Assembly (NCBI GenBank): GCA_964016885.1
Contig: OZ024743.1
Coordinates: 183,458,001-183,522,000, forward strand
Direction: 5' to 3'
Length of the DNA stretch: 64,000 bases
Origin: Eledone cirrhosa
Taxonomy: Eukaryota
Below, piece by piece: positions 63,301 through 64,000 of the stretch; position 1 is the first letter of the stretch; the number at the start of each line of letters is the position of its first letter. Position numbers and translations under genes: made by a program. Under the pieces are notes generated by a model that saw only the letters and a program-made list of their open reading frames with translations, had not been told where the DNA came from and ran no database searches.

Positions 63301-64000
63301 CAGTAAAAACAGATGTGACACATCACAACCTTGCTAACATACCAACAAAGTACACCAAAAACAGATGTGACACATCACAACCTAGCTCATATTCCTACAA
63401 AGTACAGTAAAAACAGATGTGACACATCACAACCTTGCTAACATACCTACAAAGTACAGTAAAAACAGATGTATGTGACACAACACTACCAAGGTAACAT
63501 ACCTACAAAGTACAGTAAAAACAGATGTGACACATCACAACCTTGCTAACATACCTACAAAGTACACTAAAACAGATGTGACACATCACAACCTTGCTCA
63601 TATTCCTACAAAGTAAAGTAAAAACAGATGTGACACATCACAACCTTGTTAAGATACCTACAAAATACAGTAAAAACAGATGTGACACATCACAACCTTG
63701 TTAACATAACTACAAAGTACAGTAAAAACAGATGTGACACATCACAACCTTCCTCCTATTCCTACAAAATACAGTAAAAACAGATGTGACACATCACAAC
63801 CTTGCTAACATACGTACAAAGTACAGTAAAAACAGATGTGACACATCACAACCTTGCTCACATTCCTACAAAGTACAGTAAAATCAGATGTGACACATCA
63901 CAACCTTGCTCACATTCCTACAAAGTACAGTAAAAACAGATGTGACACATCACAACCTTGCTCACATTCCTACAAAGTACAGTAAAAACAGATGTGACAC
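57380..64000. repeat. 52-bp satellite array (ACAAAGTACAGTAAAAACAGATGTGACACATCACAACCTTGTTAACATACCT), >125 copies, runs off the window end
   Basis: 52-bp periodicity with a conserved core and a variable ~15-nt segment. Lies in an ASH2L intron. Confidence 0.99.

Noticed and set aside
57380-64000. CRISPR-like look (palindromic constant part plus variable part)
   Set aside because: The variable segments are short related alleles reused many times, not unique spacers. There are no cas genes, and the context is a eukaryotic intron.

Overview
AT-rich, repeat-dense eukaryotic genomic DNA. The mix of SINEs, RTE and CR1 LINEs and (TA)n/(CAT)n tracts suggests a coleoid cephalopod such as Octopus (inference). 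Two spliced genes are present. (1) Four internal exons of ASH2L (COMPASS subunit, SPRY region) lie on the minus strand at 47619-55520. (2) A + strand gene has at least 9 phase-consistent exons (10596-42142) encoding a largely disordered, Glu-rich protein with a possible degenerate capping-protein-interaction motif. I could not find the remaining 3' ASH2L exons in the window, so the + gene appears nested antisense in a >47-kb ASH2L intron. Introns hold two large satellites with higher-order structure: a ~17-kb 31-bp array interrupted by a Buster-type hAT transposon, and a >6.6-kb 52-bp array. Also present are decayed LINEs (RTE and CR1/L2 types), several MITEs, SINEs, SINE-derived minisatellites, and Penelope-type minimal hammerhead ribozyme motifs, two of them as mirror copies in a near-perfect 158-bp-arm inverted repeat. 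No rRNA, tRNA or CRISPR features were found.
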